Below, one piece after another: positions 12,080 to 24,805 of a DNA stretch of 64,000 bases. Position 1 is the first letter of the stretch. Each line of letters begins with the position of its first letter. The translations under genes and the position numbers were made by a program. A model generated the notes under the pieces. The model worked only from the letters and a program-made list of their open reading frames with translations. It made no database searches and had not been told where the DNA came from. Location of the stretch: contig OZ316896.1 in assembly GCA_973895155.1 (NCBI GenBank), positions 10,489,525 to 10,553,524 on the forward strand, read 5' to 3'. The DNA is from Marsupella aquatica (lineage: Eukaryota > Plantae > Marchantiophyta).

Positions 12080-13861
12080 TAGTATGTGCCCTTCATCCAT
12101 CATAGGAAATTCTGTGAACAATCTTGAGTTTAAATTCTGTGTTTCAAAGTTAGCACTGTGGTTATTACCATCCAAATATTGATACATTTTTGGCTAGTTT
12201 GGCTTGTGCATATTGAATTCTCATGTTGACATATTCACTTACAAATGTTCTTGTTGGTGGCAGAACTTGTCAAATGTGTGAAATTGTCAAGTAATCTTTC
12301 ATGCCAGAGTTGAGCACATGGAGTTCTGAAAGTTTTTGTTGCAATCCTTGAGCCCAACAAAATTTTAACCAAAACCACAAAACACTAAACTAGAAGAATT
12401 GAACAAAGTTTTCAAGCCTAGCCTGCCCAACCTTCACTGTTTTACCCACCAGGACTTTGGGAACTAAAGACAACTTATAGACCCCTTGGGAGGTGCAAAT
12501 AAGCAGTTGCCAGGCATATAATCTTTGCCATACAGTTCTTCCTCATAATGTTGCACAGTACCAACAAGCTTGGATGGAAAGCTGATCTAGGTCTGTCTAC
12601 ACACACTTGTATTTCAATAAAAGTTTACACTGGATTTTTGTGCACTCCAACATTGTGAGACAAAAAGACTTGAGATCATGCCAGTTTCCAGGCAAGCTCT
12701 AGGTGTCCAAGCCTTATACACATGCACTATTGAACATAATTTATTATCATATTCATGGGGAAAAACCTCTCCATGTAATGTAGTGGATGGTATTTTCCAG
12801 TCATTGACATAGAATTGGGTTTATTATAATATTCCTTCCAAACTCCCACTTCTAGTTTGTGCAAAAGATTATTCTACGATGCATGTTTGCAAAGACCGTA
12901 GGAGAAGGCATGAAGTAAGTTATGTTACAGTAGAAAGCACATATGTTGTCAGATTGGAATGCAAAAATTACTATGATTACAATAGAATTCAAAGTTATAC
13001 AACAGTGAACATGTTTATCCTGTTGCGAGTCAGCTAGAAATATTACAATGGAATGCTTACATCAACCCCTAGCTCCTCCTCCCCTCCTCCTCTTCCTCCT
13101 CCTTTTTCATTTGGCTGTGCTATCCATTTGCATAACTTTGGTATCAGCTCACAATTTATGCGAACCCTGCGCCTTCTTTTAGCTCTTGTTCCCATTTGCA
13201 GTCTTGGTTTTTGGGAAGTAGGCAAGAGGCAAAATCAATTAAAGTTTAGGAAAAGACTCTTGCCATCTTTTGTGTCTACTACCATCTTACTAATCAAGAA
13301 TATGAACTTCATGGAACACACAAAAATTGACATGGTGGAACATTCCCAGTGAAGTCCTGCAATTCTTGGTAAGTGTATGTAAAGTTCATAAAATTACACA
13401 ATGTGGAGAATGTTCATAATGCCTTTAGAGAAGACAGTTAGTATGAAAGTAATGCAAACGTCAGTTAGATTCTTTTTCCATTCTCCCCCTTTCGACCCCT
13501 ACCCCATATTTGCAAAGAGGGTGACTGACTGACTGGTGGAGTGATATGGGCTCGACCTATTTACAGGTGTTGCGGATTGTTGTTGGGACCTCTCTCTTTT
13601 TTCCATGTCTCAAGCAAACATGGCAAAGGTGCAGGGTAACCGGTGGTTTGGAGGGGTATGGGGTGTAATCGGCAAAGGCGGTGAGCCCAAGGGGGTTACA
13701 ACCCCTGAACACCCATGGGTTACCAAGCATAGATTCTCATTGTACTTCAAAAAATTAGACTTGGGAGGTGTAGTGGTCTTGATCCATGCATGCCCATAAC
13801 ACAACTGAATCTTGGGACGAGGCTGGCAAGTGGGTTATGAAACTTATGATCCATAAAAAAA

Positions 13862-14935
13862 CTTCAATGAAAATAGAAAGTTGTGATGGAAATACAATAC
13901 GAGACTCGTAAGGAGAGTTTGTGAGCATCAATGAAAATAAAAAACAATAATCACAAGGAAGGTTTGCATGTTTCAATGAAAATACAAATCAAGACTCACA
14001 AGGAGGGTTTGCCAGCTTCCATGGAAATACAAAGCAAGACTCACAAGGAGGAATTGCTAGCTTTCATGAAAATACAAAGCAAGACCCATAAGGAGGGTTT
14101 GGGAGCTTCAATGGAAGTACAAAGCAAGCCTCACCAGGAAGGATTGCGGGCTCTGATGGAAACACAAAGCAAGAAGAAGGGTTTGGTGGCTTTCATGGCA
14201 ATATAAAGCACTATTCACAAGGAAGGTTTGCTTGCTTCAATTAAAATAATATAATATAATAATCACAAGGAGGGTTTGCCCGCTTAAATGAAACTAAAAT
14301 AAAATAATCCTCATAAGGAGGGTTTGCTAGCTTCAATGAAAGTAAAATAAAGTAATCCTCACAAGGAGGGTTTGCAAGCTTCAACGCAAATATATATAAA
14401 GCAAGACTCACAAGGAGGGATGCTTCCATTGAAACATGAACAAAGATTCACAAGGAGGGCTTGCTAGCTTCAATTAAAAAAATAAGAATCTCACAAGGAG
14501 GGTTTGTTGGCTTCAATGAAAATAAAATAACAACTTTTAATTACTTTGCCACTAAAGATGTTCTAATTCACAATACTGCCACTGTTTTTTCTGTATTTTA
14601 AAAAATATCACGGGATTGTATACAGATGACAAGTTTTCTGTATTTAAAAAATACCACGGTTTTGTATATGGATGAGAAGTTTACCATGATAACCAGGGGA
14701 ACTATATACAGAAACAGTGACATTTTTGTAAATACAAAAAAATAGTGGCAATATTATAAATTGAAACATCTTTAGAGTCAATGTACTTAAAAGCTGCATA
14801 AAATAATCTTCACAACGAGCTTCACACGGAGGGTTTGCCAGCTTCAATGAGAGGAAAGCAAAAGCAAAATAAAAATTAACAAGGAGTGTTTGCGAGCTAC
14901 AATGGAAACTCAAGCATTACTCTTTTCAAGGAGGG
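13862..14935. repeat. Degenerate 45-bp tandem array (roughly 15-18 units) interrupted by a MITE
   Basis: The unit is approximately tcacaaggagggtttgctagcttcaatgaaaatacaaagcaagac, with starts at 13951, 13996, 14041, 14086 and 14131 onward. Confidence 0.9.
14531..14797. mobile_element. MITE or fold-back element with ~80-bp imperfect terminal inverted repeats (Mutator-like?)
   Basis: The left arm caacttttaattactttgccactaaagatgttctaattcacaatactgccact... closely matches the reverse complement of the right arm ...agtggcaatattataaattgaaacatctttagagtcaatgtacttaaaagctg. Both flanks carry ataaaataa, a possible 9-bp target-site duplication. Confidence 0.75.
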
Positions 14936-15254
14936 TCTACAAGGTTTCCAAGACTCTAGTAGTGTAGTAATAATCTCAATGATAAGACACACATCCGGTG
15001 ACAATCACGTTCACCAAAAATATTTCATGTAGAGAGGAAGGACTTGAAGACTGCATCGTGCCGCAAAAGTGCAGAATTGGACTATTTGCCATACTAGTGA
15101 CAGAATCAAACTACTCGGAGTAGTGACAGAATCAAACTACTAGCACCAGTAGTAAGAGGGTGCTCTGCTCTGCTATGGTGCCGATTGATAATTAGTCTTC
15201 CATGTGTTGTTGCTTAACTGTCCAGACTCCTGGTGGCTGGAGCAAGCTGCTTCT

Positions 15255-17230
15255 CCTGCCGTTGTCTACTGTAGTCGTATAGGATGAGGACGGTCTGGGC
15301 ACAGGGTTACTAGGCTGTAATCCTATGACCAAAAAGTGAAGAAAGTTAACCGGCGGCAGTCAGGAAACTTTTCTGAGAATCTGGGAACAGTGTTTGGTCT
15401 AGACTTTTCTGAGCAATCTAGGAACAAGGTTTAGTCTAGAACCCTTTTCTTTTTTTGCCTTGAAAGCCAAAGCAAACACATCCAACAGAGGATACACGTT
15501 TAGCTCCGAAGCATGCAATTTTATGTACAGTAGCCACAAGGGGACGATACCTAGGGATCTGGCAAGGACCCAGACCAAGAGCGAGAGAGAGGTTGAACCA
15601 GGGCCCAAAGTGGACCAGTCAGGGGCTGAGGAGAAACCAGGACTCCCACCACTACACCTATCCACACACAATACCCTCCACACCCCTTGCGTGTGGAGCG
15701 GGATTGTGTAGGGTAACCTATCCCCGAGAGGGGGTAATGGGATGCTCAATGGGATGTAATCCCAGAGGGTGTTGAGTTCAAGGGGGTTATAACCATTATC
15801 TTCAAGTGGGGATGAGTTACCAAGCGTGAAGCCCAAGTGATCTTTTTGAATCATTCACTTCAAGTTTTACATAGGAGAAGTCTCATTGGTCATTGTCTAT
15901 CACTTGCACTTTACTCTATTTCTCATTCAAATTTCAGAATCTTCAAGCAAGGCTGGCCCAGGTGTTCTCTGGCTTCACCTGGGGATAATATATCAGAAAC
16001 TTCTACACACGTACAAAGGAAAAATTTCAGGAAGGGTTTATGAATCTGGGACCTCTAGGTTCTAGGCCCATCCCCTGGCCAATTGACCGAAGCCACGATT
16101 TAGTCAGGAATCTGGGAGGAGGGTTTAATCTAGAACCCTAGTGTGTGTCTTCCATCAGGATAGACAAACAACATCCCCCATCGGTGTTTGGTTCATTTTG
16201 GGCGAGCCCGTCATTCCCTTCCAATACCACCACTCCTGCCGCTATCTCGTCATATAAGATAAGGACGTTTGGGCACATGGTTACTAGGCTATAATCCTTT
16301 GACTAGAAAGTGAAGCATTGAAGAGAAGCTGAGCGGCTTCATCCTGGGAAAGGGATTTAGTCTAGAGCCCTTTTCTGAGCAACCTGGGAAGAGGATTTAG
16401 TCTAGAGCCCTTGTTTGAACAATCTAGAGCAATCTGGGATAGAGCTTAATCTAGAAACCTAGCGTGTTTATTCCGTTAGGATACACAGACAACATCCCTC
16501 GTGGGTATTTGGTTCTTTTCGGGTGAGCACCTCTTCCCTTCCGGTACCACCACTCCTAGCCCCTCATTTCCTTCTGGTACCACCACTCCTAACTCTATCT
16601 ACAACTATAATAAGGGATCCCCTGTTTCTTCATCCTTCATTCCAATACAAAAAGGCTCCCGGGCAGGAAAGATCCACAATCGTTGAATTTGTTTGGCTGT
16701 TTTTCCTGACCATTGATGGAGAAAATGGACACCCCTAGCACATATGTGCTTCCCCATGCTGCCCCATCCCGACTCCCTATGGGCCGGCCCTACTTGCGCC
16801 ATGCACTGCATAGGCATAGGACTAGTCTTCTCATATAAGACAAGTATGTGTGGGCACATGGTTACTAGGCTATAATCCAATGACTAGAAAGTGAAGAAGA
16901 AAAGAAAAGGTGAGAGGTGATAAACTTTTCTGAGCAACCTGGGAAGGGGATTTAGTTCATAGCCCTTTTCCACCAACCTGGGAAGGGGATTTAGTCTAGA
17001 GCCCTTTTTCTGAGCAACGTGGGAAGAGTATTTCGTCTTAGAGCCCTTTTCTGACCAATCTGGAGCAATGTGAATCTGGAGCAATGTGTGACAGGGTTTA
17101 ATCTAGAACCCTAGCGTGTGTATTCCGTCGTCAGAGGATAGACAGACAACATCCCCCGTGGGTGTTTGGTTCGATTCGGGCGAGCCCCTCATTCCCTTCC
17201 TGTACCATCACTGCATTTTCTTCGTATAAG
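15255..17230. repeat. Composite higher-order tandem array (about 3 units of A + n x B + C blocks) forming the TOC34 upstream region
   Basis: Block A (gggcaca.ggttactaggct.taatcc..tgac.a.aaagtgaag) is at ~15297, 16271 and 16852. Block B (~40 bp, tctgagcaacctgggaagaggatttagtctagagccctttt) occurs 2-5 times per unit. Block C (ctag.gtgt...ggata.aca.acaacatccc...) is at ~16138, 16459 and 17111. Confidence 0.85.
15447..16095 (-). mobile_element. tRNA-derived SINE, copy 3, split by a ~330-bp secondary insertion (~15706-16040)
   Basis: The tail and body lie at 15447-15705 and the head at 16041-16095 (ggacctctaggttctaggcccatcccctggccaattgaccgaagcca), both matching copy 2. The start of the insert matches 62559-62680. 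Confidence 0.75.
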
Positions 17231-17286
17231 CAAAGGTTTACAGCAAGCCAGAGGCAAAACCACCTGTCTCGTCGTAGCAGGCAGCT

Positions 17287-20200
17287 ATGGCGACTACGAT
17301 CGTGAGAGAATGGACCGGTCTGCAGCAATTTCCTGTCCAGACGCAGACTGCCCTTCACGCATTGCTCGGCCGGCTCCGGGAAGAGGTTCTCCTCTCCTCT
17401 CCTCTCCTCATTATAGTTGTCGTATGTCGTAACGGTTTCTTCTTCTTCTTTCTGCATTCTTTTTTCTGCATTCTGCATTCTCTGAGTTCTGTCGTTGTTC
17501 TTCGGGTCGGTGGCACTCCAGTGCAGTCCGGGCATGCATTCGTTCATTCATTCTTCGTTCATTCATGCATTCCGCCATCTGTCGCTCGGGCTCTCGCTGA
17601 GGCTGCTACGAACTGTACTGCTCGTTGCAGCGCCAGCCAGAGAGCCAGCCGCGCTCTTCGCACTCATCGCCTGATGGCCCCCTCGAGCTTGGCCGATGGA
17701 AGGAGTGATGCAATGATTGGTTCTGTGAAGCGATTGTGCCTCACTGTCCTCTCGCTTGGCGTGGGGAATGGTCTGAATGTGTTTCTCGTAGCCGGGGGTT
17801 TATGGCCTCTATCGTTGAAGCCCCGGGTCTTTGTACGTGGAACAGTAGGGGTTTAGGGAAGTTTTGGGGTTTGGGTCGTGGAACCGTCCTGAAAGGTACA
17901 GTACGTGGGTGGGATTGCTGTAGTTGAAATTGGTCATATCTCGGCGTGCTTGAGGTCAGGATTATACTTTATGAATACTGTGCAGTAACGGGTTGCCCAG
18001 GAGTCGGGAATCAGCGACAAGAAGGCTAAACCCTATCTCTTCGTAACACTTTCGTCCAGTTTGATTCGGTTCCGAAGGGCTTTGAGTTCTGGACCACCCG
18101 TCGCCAACAGTGCATCCGAGGGACGAGGTTTTCGTGGACGGAGTTGAAGGAGGTGTCCCAGACTGGGTCGTCCCGAAAGGGTTGATTTTACATTCTGATT
18201 GTGATTCCTCATAGAAAGGATTGAGGTTTAGGGTCTATGGATGGGCATGAGCTTTCTCTCGCATGTCGGCGAGCTTTGGAGTGAGCTCTGGTTTAGGCAT
18301 TTAGGGTCGGATTGTCCTGATGGATCTCGCTCTTACTGAACAATTTCTCGGGTGTCCATTTTGCAGTCCATGGAGTCCCTCACAGTGCTTGTTCTGGGGA
18401 AAGGAGGAGTGGGCAAAAGCTCGACTGTGAACTCCATGATGGGAGAAAGGGTCGCTGTTGTCAGTGCTTTCCAGGTACGATGGTCGCAGGCGTCTTTGGA
18501 ATCTTTTGGAGGTACACCTTAACAAGTGTGTTCTCATTTTTCTGAATTCCCTCGTCTCGCGGTGAGTACAATTGACGAGACGTCTGTCAGGGTTTTTAGA
18601 ACCTGTTGCAAGTGCAGTCTGGGTAGGATAGATTCCTGTATCTCGTGAGGGACGAAAGCCATGGAGTTGGTGAACATTGATGGGAAACTTGCTCGTGTCA
18701 CAGACAGAAACCTTACGCCCGCTTCAATGCTCACGATCAAGAGCAGGCTTCACTTTGAATATTATTGATACTCCAGGATTGGTTGAAGGGGGTGGTGTCA
18801 ATGACCAAGCACTCGAGATCATCCGAAGGTGATTCCTAAACGCTGGTATTTGTCTTCGTCTTACATCTCCACAGTAGCTTTCTCTCGTGGAGTACTATTT
18901 CTATTGGCCTCTCATGACGTCGGCGATTTTGACACGACTATGGTTTTCGTGATTCTTTAACTGTATTGTCTTGAACGCAAATGGTGAAATTGTCTAGTTT
19001 GCATGCTTGTTTGAAGGGCAATCGATCCATGGAGTTGTTTTCATGGACTGTCTTTCTCGATATTTTAACTATCGACCCATTGCTGCCCTATTGTTGGAAC
19101 GTGCAGATTTCTTCTCAACAAAACCATTGATGCAGTGCTTTATGTTGATCGCCTAGATGGATATCGAGTGGATAATTTGGACAAGCAGGTCATACGAGCC
19201 ATACATAGAAGTTTTGGACCTCGAATTTGGCGTCTGGCTCTCGTTATTCTCACACATGCCCAGCTCTCTCCTCCCGATGGAGTTGAGTACCCCGACTTTG
19301 TGGAGAGGAGGTCAGCAGGTTTGCAAGCAGCCATTCGTCAAGAAGCCGGATTCAAGAAGGGAGAGGATTCGGTGGGTTTCGAAAGGCTCTAGCTCTTGTG
19401 CAGGGGTCATTTTCTTCTACTTACTATTGCCAATTTGCGGTTGGCTAGTGGTTAATGGGTTGTATGTAACAAGGGCACACATAAATCCAGACAATGGATG
19501 GTGGTAAATACGAACTGCTCCTCAACGAAACAACAGGCAGGCATTAGAAAAATTTCAAAGTCTCACCAAATGTCCAGGGCTTGCACTTCAAACTGAAATG
19601 TCAAAGCTTGAGCCAATCCCTTAGTGAACTCCATATAACTGCTCTCTCGTCAGACATAGCCGAACTGTGGTGATGCTATGAGCTACGGAAATATTGAACA
19701 TTATGATGGTGGCACACGTGTGCTGATTTCATTAACGTAGTCCTTGGTAATTAATTTCCATGGGCTTCGCAGTAATTTGTTCAGTGGAGTTAGTAATGTT
19801 TCTTCCATCCTCGGTCTTCTTTGGGCAGATTCCAGTTGTCCTGGTGGAGAATAGCGGTCGATGCAACACAAATTCCGGTGGAGAGAAGGTGAGTGTCAGC
19901 AGTAGGAGGACTTAGCCATTTTATGTGAAGTTTATGTGCGATACGTATAGTGAAGTACAAGTTTTGATGTCGAGGTCCTGGTTTCTTCTTCTTTGTACAA
20001 GTAAAGAGAGCAGTTTTGAATATTTTGTATGTGCCGGCAGGTGCTTCCTGATGGAACTGTGTGGCTACCAAATTTGGTCGAGAAAATTGTGGAAGTGGCA
20101 ACTGGTCCGACTAAGTCACTACTTATTGACAAGAAACTAATCGAGGGCCCTAACGCCAACCAACGGGGAAAGATCTGGATTCCCCTTCTGATTTTATTGC

Positions 20201-21020
20201 AGGTACGTACATCACAGAGAATTGTTGTTAATACAAGTTAGGACAGATCTACGACTCCCCTTTGGGATGGCTCGTTTAACCGTTTGACGGTGGCTTGATT
20301 GCCTGATTAATTGTATAGCTTGGGCAACTGTTCAGTTATGGGCCACTGATGCTTGTACACCTGACAATGGCTGAAACCGATGATGCCAATGTGTTTGTAA
20401 CTGAGGCCCTAAAGATTGAAAATTAAGATAGAGAAACGAAGACAGGGAATTAGGGATAATCGAAAGAGAAAACAGCGAGAAGAGAGAGGAGTTTGTGTAG
20501 TATATGGGGCCACTGATGCTTGTACACCTGACAATGGCTGAAATTGATGATGCCAATGTGTTTATAACTGAGGCCTTAAGAAATTGAAAACTAAGAGAGA
20601 AACGTAGCAAGGAAAAAAGAAAAAGAAAAGAGAGAAAAGCCGTGAAGAGAAAGACATTTGTGTACTTATATGATGAACTTCATTTCCGATTTCTCTCTCT
20701 GATTTAATGGCCATCGCTGATCTTATATGGTTAACTTACAAATTGTATTTGGCCCGTCCTTTGTTTTTTGGTGACAGTATTTCTTCATACTGAAACCCAT
20801 TCAAGGAAGAATTCAACAGGACATTGACATGGAAAAGCAAAATCGGCCAGCCTGGGAGATTCGTGCTGAACAGTTCCGGCGGGGATCTACTTTGGATGAT
20901 GAGAGGGCAGATGAGAGAGCTATCAGTGAAGCGCTGAAGCAAGACAACTTGGATGATGTTGATGTTGGCGATCAACTGGATGGTATTGATTATGATGATG
21001 AGGATGAGGACGAATTTTAG
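17287..21020 (+). CDS. TOC34: Translocon at the outer chloroplast envelope 34 (TOC34/33 GTPase), about 353 aa
   Basis: Exons 17287-17385, 18367-18474, 18704-18828, 19107-19371, 19829-19888, 20041-20202 and 20778-21020 total 1062 nt, in frame. Motifs: REWTGLQQFP, GKGGVGKSST, IIDTPGL, LYVDRLDGYRVD, THAQ, VLVENSGRC, LIEGPNAN and the transmembrane segment IWIPLLILLQYFFIL. Confidence 0.96.
20337..20670. repeat. ~165-bp tandem duplication in TOC34 intron 6
   Basis: gggcc(c)actgatgcttgtacacctgacaatggctgaaa..gatgatgccaatgtgttt occurs at ~20340 and ~20507. Confidence 0.85.
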
Positions 21021-24000
21021 GCTAGACTGCAAACTGTACTACACCGTTGAGTGTAGGACAGTTTTGCATATGCCATTCATTTTTGAGAAAGAGAACTGAA
21101 TTCAATTTTGATCCTGATTGACAGGTTTAGAGATTCAGAGGGACTGCATGTCCAATTAGGTCGCTGATCTTTCCAGAGGCCAATCAATTGCTTGTACACT
21201 AGTCCAAAGAAATCAGGCAAATAGTTGCCACCAACGAATTTTTGACAAAGCTAAATTCTAACTGAAAAGGTCACAGGTATCCTCAAATCGGGTCATTGTG
21301 CTGGTTGGACACTGGCACCGCCAGTGTTAATCTACTTCTTCGACTTTCTTCGACTTGCTCGATGTCCTGTTGTGCAGTCATATCGTAAACCGTTGGCTTT
21401 TGTACTGAGGACGGGCAGATGTCCGGACTTTGAAACATGGTTGATGCTCTCAGGAAATGTGTCTGCCTGAAGGAGGGTACATGTTCGTCGGTGTATCTCC
21501 TTTGTCAGTTTGTTGTACGGCTTTTAATTTCTACATGAATAGAAAGGATTGGATGCCGAAGAGGCAAGGAAGGAAACGGTCACATGGAGCAGCTGACTCA
21601 AACCTGAGTAGAAAGGCAGCGCAGTGGTGGGTTGAGAATTGCAAAACTTTCGGCCACGTAGAGTTAGGTCACTTACGTCTAGCACGGCTTCCTGAATTAA
21701 AAAATAAGTTATTGGAGTACTCTTGTCCGAAGGGTGTTCCACCCCTCACCAGAAGGCCAGCCTTAGGTAGGAGTGAATAACAGGAAGAAACCGTTAAAAG
21801 AAAGGGGAGTGTTGGTTGTAGATCTCAGTTGGATGACTTGAAAGAAAGTAGTGATGTACTCACATGAATTTCTTTGATACAAATCTTATCTTCTTAGATC
21901 TCAATTTGACTTGAAGAACGTAGTAAAGTCCTAACATGAATTTGAAACACTAGTTAACTGGTCTACTGCTGTGCAAGGACAATGGGAAAAGCACTCGTAC
22001 AACGCTGAAGCAAATCACAATTTGGGATTTGTGCGAACTGGTTGACTGATTTTGCATAGACCAAATGTTGATCAACTGCAAACAAACAGTTTTGCGCTGT
22101 GTGGATGCTGAATGTTGGTAAGGGTGGCTTACTATTCTACAGAAACTTGCAATTCTGACTTCCGCAGTGATCACGAATCAACCTGACGTATGTGTCATCA
22201 TTTTGGCAGTTCTAAATTCATGGAATACAGATATGTTCTCTGTTTATGCTGAACGTAGGGAAAGTGTTGTAAATCATTGTACAGAAACTTACAGTTCTGA
22301 ATTCCCAATGAGGTGACACACAGTCAAGTTTTGCAGTCTCGTTGACCTTACTTGGTCAGCATTCGTGGAATACAGCTCTGGGCACCCTGACTACAACCTG
22401 TTCCTGCAGTACAGAACGCTATGTGATGTACTTGAAACACGTTGTTCATCATTCTGGTGAGCTGCATTAAAGTGTTTGGAAGAGCCTGGCACAAAACGGC
22501 TAGGAATTCCTTATAAGAGCTGACAGTTGGAATCTCTTCAGACCCTAGTGTGGATTACATAATTGGCAAGAGGAGCTTTTACCCCTCCTAGTGTGGATTG
22601 GATGGACTTCAAGCAACGCTTGGTTGATGTCCTTAGGGAGTTTATTGCAAAGCTCATTAACTGGGCAGAGCAAATTGTAATATATCTTGCAAAGGCCTGC
22701 CATATATCTACAGGTTGACTAAACACTTGGTCCTTGACAATGCTGTGTAGATGGCAAGCCATGTAGTCAGACTCTAAGGGGTATGGTAGAGTAGGATATT
22801 TGTTGAATCACTTTCTAGTGAGTGACAGCAGGAAAGCTGGAACCGATCTGCCAGGAGAAACTTAATGCTCTTCATGGCCCTGACAGGCTTCTGGTCAAGC
22901 TTTTTCATGGACTCACCAGTTTGATACTGTAGTTGGGGTGCTCTTTATCAGAAGTGGCCTGATTGACGTCCTCTTTCCCTTGCTAGGTCAGCGCCCGTTC
23001 CACAGCGCCTTAAAGAATAAACCAGACCAACAGGTCATGGTGGGACCTTATTAAATTTAGTTTGAGCTGTCGAAGGAAAAACATCCCTGGAATTGGTCTA
23101 AGTTTTGGCCAAAGTTTGTACTTCACTCGAGCAATTAACGGGCCCCACTACTTTACATTTAAAATAAGGGCATCCAGAGCAAAAAATGGTCTCACTTTTT
23201 GTAAAGACAACACTTGCCATTTACTAAAAAACAGTTGACAAACGGTTCTGATAAAAAAAGAGCGAAGTAATGTTCCTCCCTGGGTTCTCCCCTTGCTAGT
23301 GAAGTTTGGTTACTTTCAAATGTTCTTTTTGGTGGGAAACCCTCATGTTTGAAGAAACGGACTGATGTTTCTACAATCTTACAAGCAAGTTTGAAGTGTT
23401 TGAAGTGTTTGCATCTTTCCACACTTTCACACTCACGCATGGTTTAGAGTGGAAATGTGACTTTGTTCATTTGTGGAATCAGTCATTTGTGGAAAAACTA
23501 TGGGGCAACATTGTGAAGAATTTTGAATACCGTTAGGTTCTCAAGTCTGTACAAGAAAGATGTGGAAATTCTGTTGCAGAAGATCTCCTAATAGGGAGAT
23601 CAGGTAGTTGCCTCCCCCAAGAGTGAAATTGGGTATCGTAGTGTGCACCTCACTTCATAGCAAAGGAGATCAGACAGTGTCATGTGCACGGTAACCCCAA
23701 TTGCTCGGTAGCGTTTAAATAAGACTCCTATCCATAGTTTTAGACTCTCGATGGGTTCTCAAGCCATGGCATTTCATGTGTCCTATTTCTTTGCCCTCGT
23801 TAATGCCCTTTGTGCCTTTCAAAGATGTGGAGCATAAGTATTCAAGCCTTTACAGTAATTTCATGGTCGAGACTCTTCTTTCTTCAAATTTAGGTTGAGG
23901 TCTGTCAAACGATTTGCGCTGCTTTATGTATGTGCAATGCATGTAAAATACAGTCAAGGGTACTTTACCAGATATAACATTAGAGCCTGCCCAAAGGCCG

Positions 24001-24329
24001 AATACTGTCAAGAGTGCTTTATGGGATATACACATTCGAGTTCTGCTCAAGTGAATGATTCATTTGTCAAGTAATCCCATAAATAGATTCTGATCAAGAC
24101 ATTTAACCATTACTATTCTAGTAATTTCGTGAGCAGCCAATGAATCTTTGCTTATTTCTGTTAGGAAAAATAAATTAGTGGAACTCTCATTTCGAACTCT
24201 TAAGAACTGTTTCCGTAATTCACAACTCATACTGCTGATTTCCTCAACCCAGAACTCAGGAATGTTCGTAAACCCATAGCTCAGGAACATTCATTTCAAA
24301 GTCAGTAGCACATACCTCTAAAACATCTT

Positions 24330-24805
24330 CAAAGTCCATGAGGATTGTAGATTGTGTCTACAACCGTTACTCAAATCACTGGTTTCGAAGTCCATAAGGG
24401 TTTTGTACGTAAACTAGACTCAGGAGCTAACGGTGAATGGATTTTGGAAGTTTGAGACGCCCATTGTGGGTGATAAATACTGTCAAAAGTGCTTGACCGG
24501 TTGTAAACATTGGAGATGTGTCCAAGAACACTGATTTCAAAGTTCATAAGGTTTGCGTATGTAAATTAGACTCATGAGCTATCGATGAATGAAATTTGGA
24601 AGTTTTGAGACGCCCAATAGTAGGTATTAAATATTGTCAAAAGTGCCGGTTATAAACATTGGAGACGTCCCAGGATACTCATCTCCAAGTCCATAAGGTT
24701 AGTGTATGCAAACTAGACTCAGGTTAACGATGAATGAACTGTGGAAATTTGAGATGCCCAATGGTGGGTGTTAAACTGTCCAAAGTGCTTGACCGGCTGC
24801 AAACA
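24330..24805. repeat. ~150-bp tandem repeat, about 3 copies
   Basis: gt(c/t)cataagg...aaa.tagactca...ttgaga.gccca...gtgggt...tgtc.aaagtgc starts at 24390, 24542 and 24689. Confidence 0.85.

Noticed and set aside
12400-13400. Possible decayed transposase or gene fragment
   Set aside because: The frames I checked contain stops and no diagnostic motif, so I cannot support a call.
13931-14206. ORF with a 15-aa repeat (KIQSKTHKEGL...)
   Set aside because: It is a by-product of the 45-bp unit; neighbouring units contain stops.
13862-14935. CRISPR-like periodic array
   Set aside because: The whole unit is repeated and degenerate, with no unique spacers and no cas genes. In this eukaryotic context it is a minisatellite.
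17386-17856. Hydrophobic continuation of ORF 17287-17856
   Set aside because: This is read-through into the CT-rich TOC34 intron 1; the exon ends at 17385 (GAG/GT).
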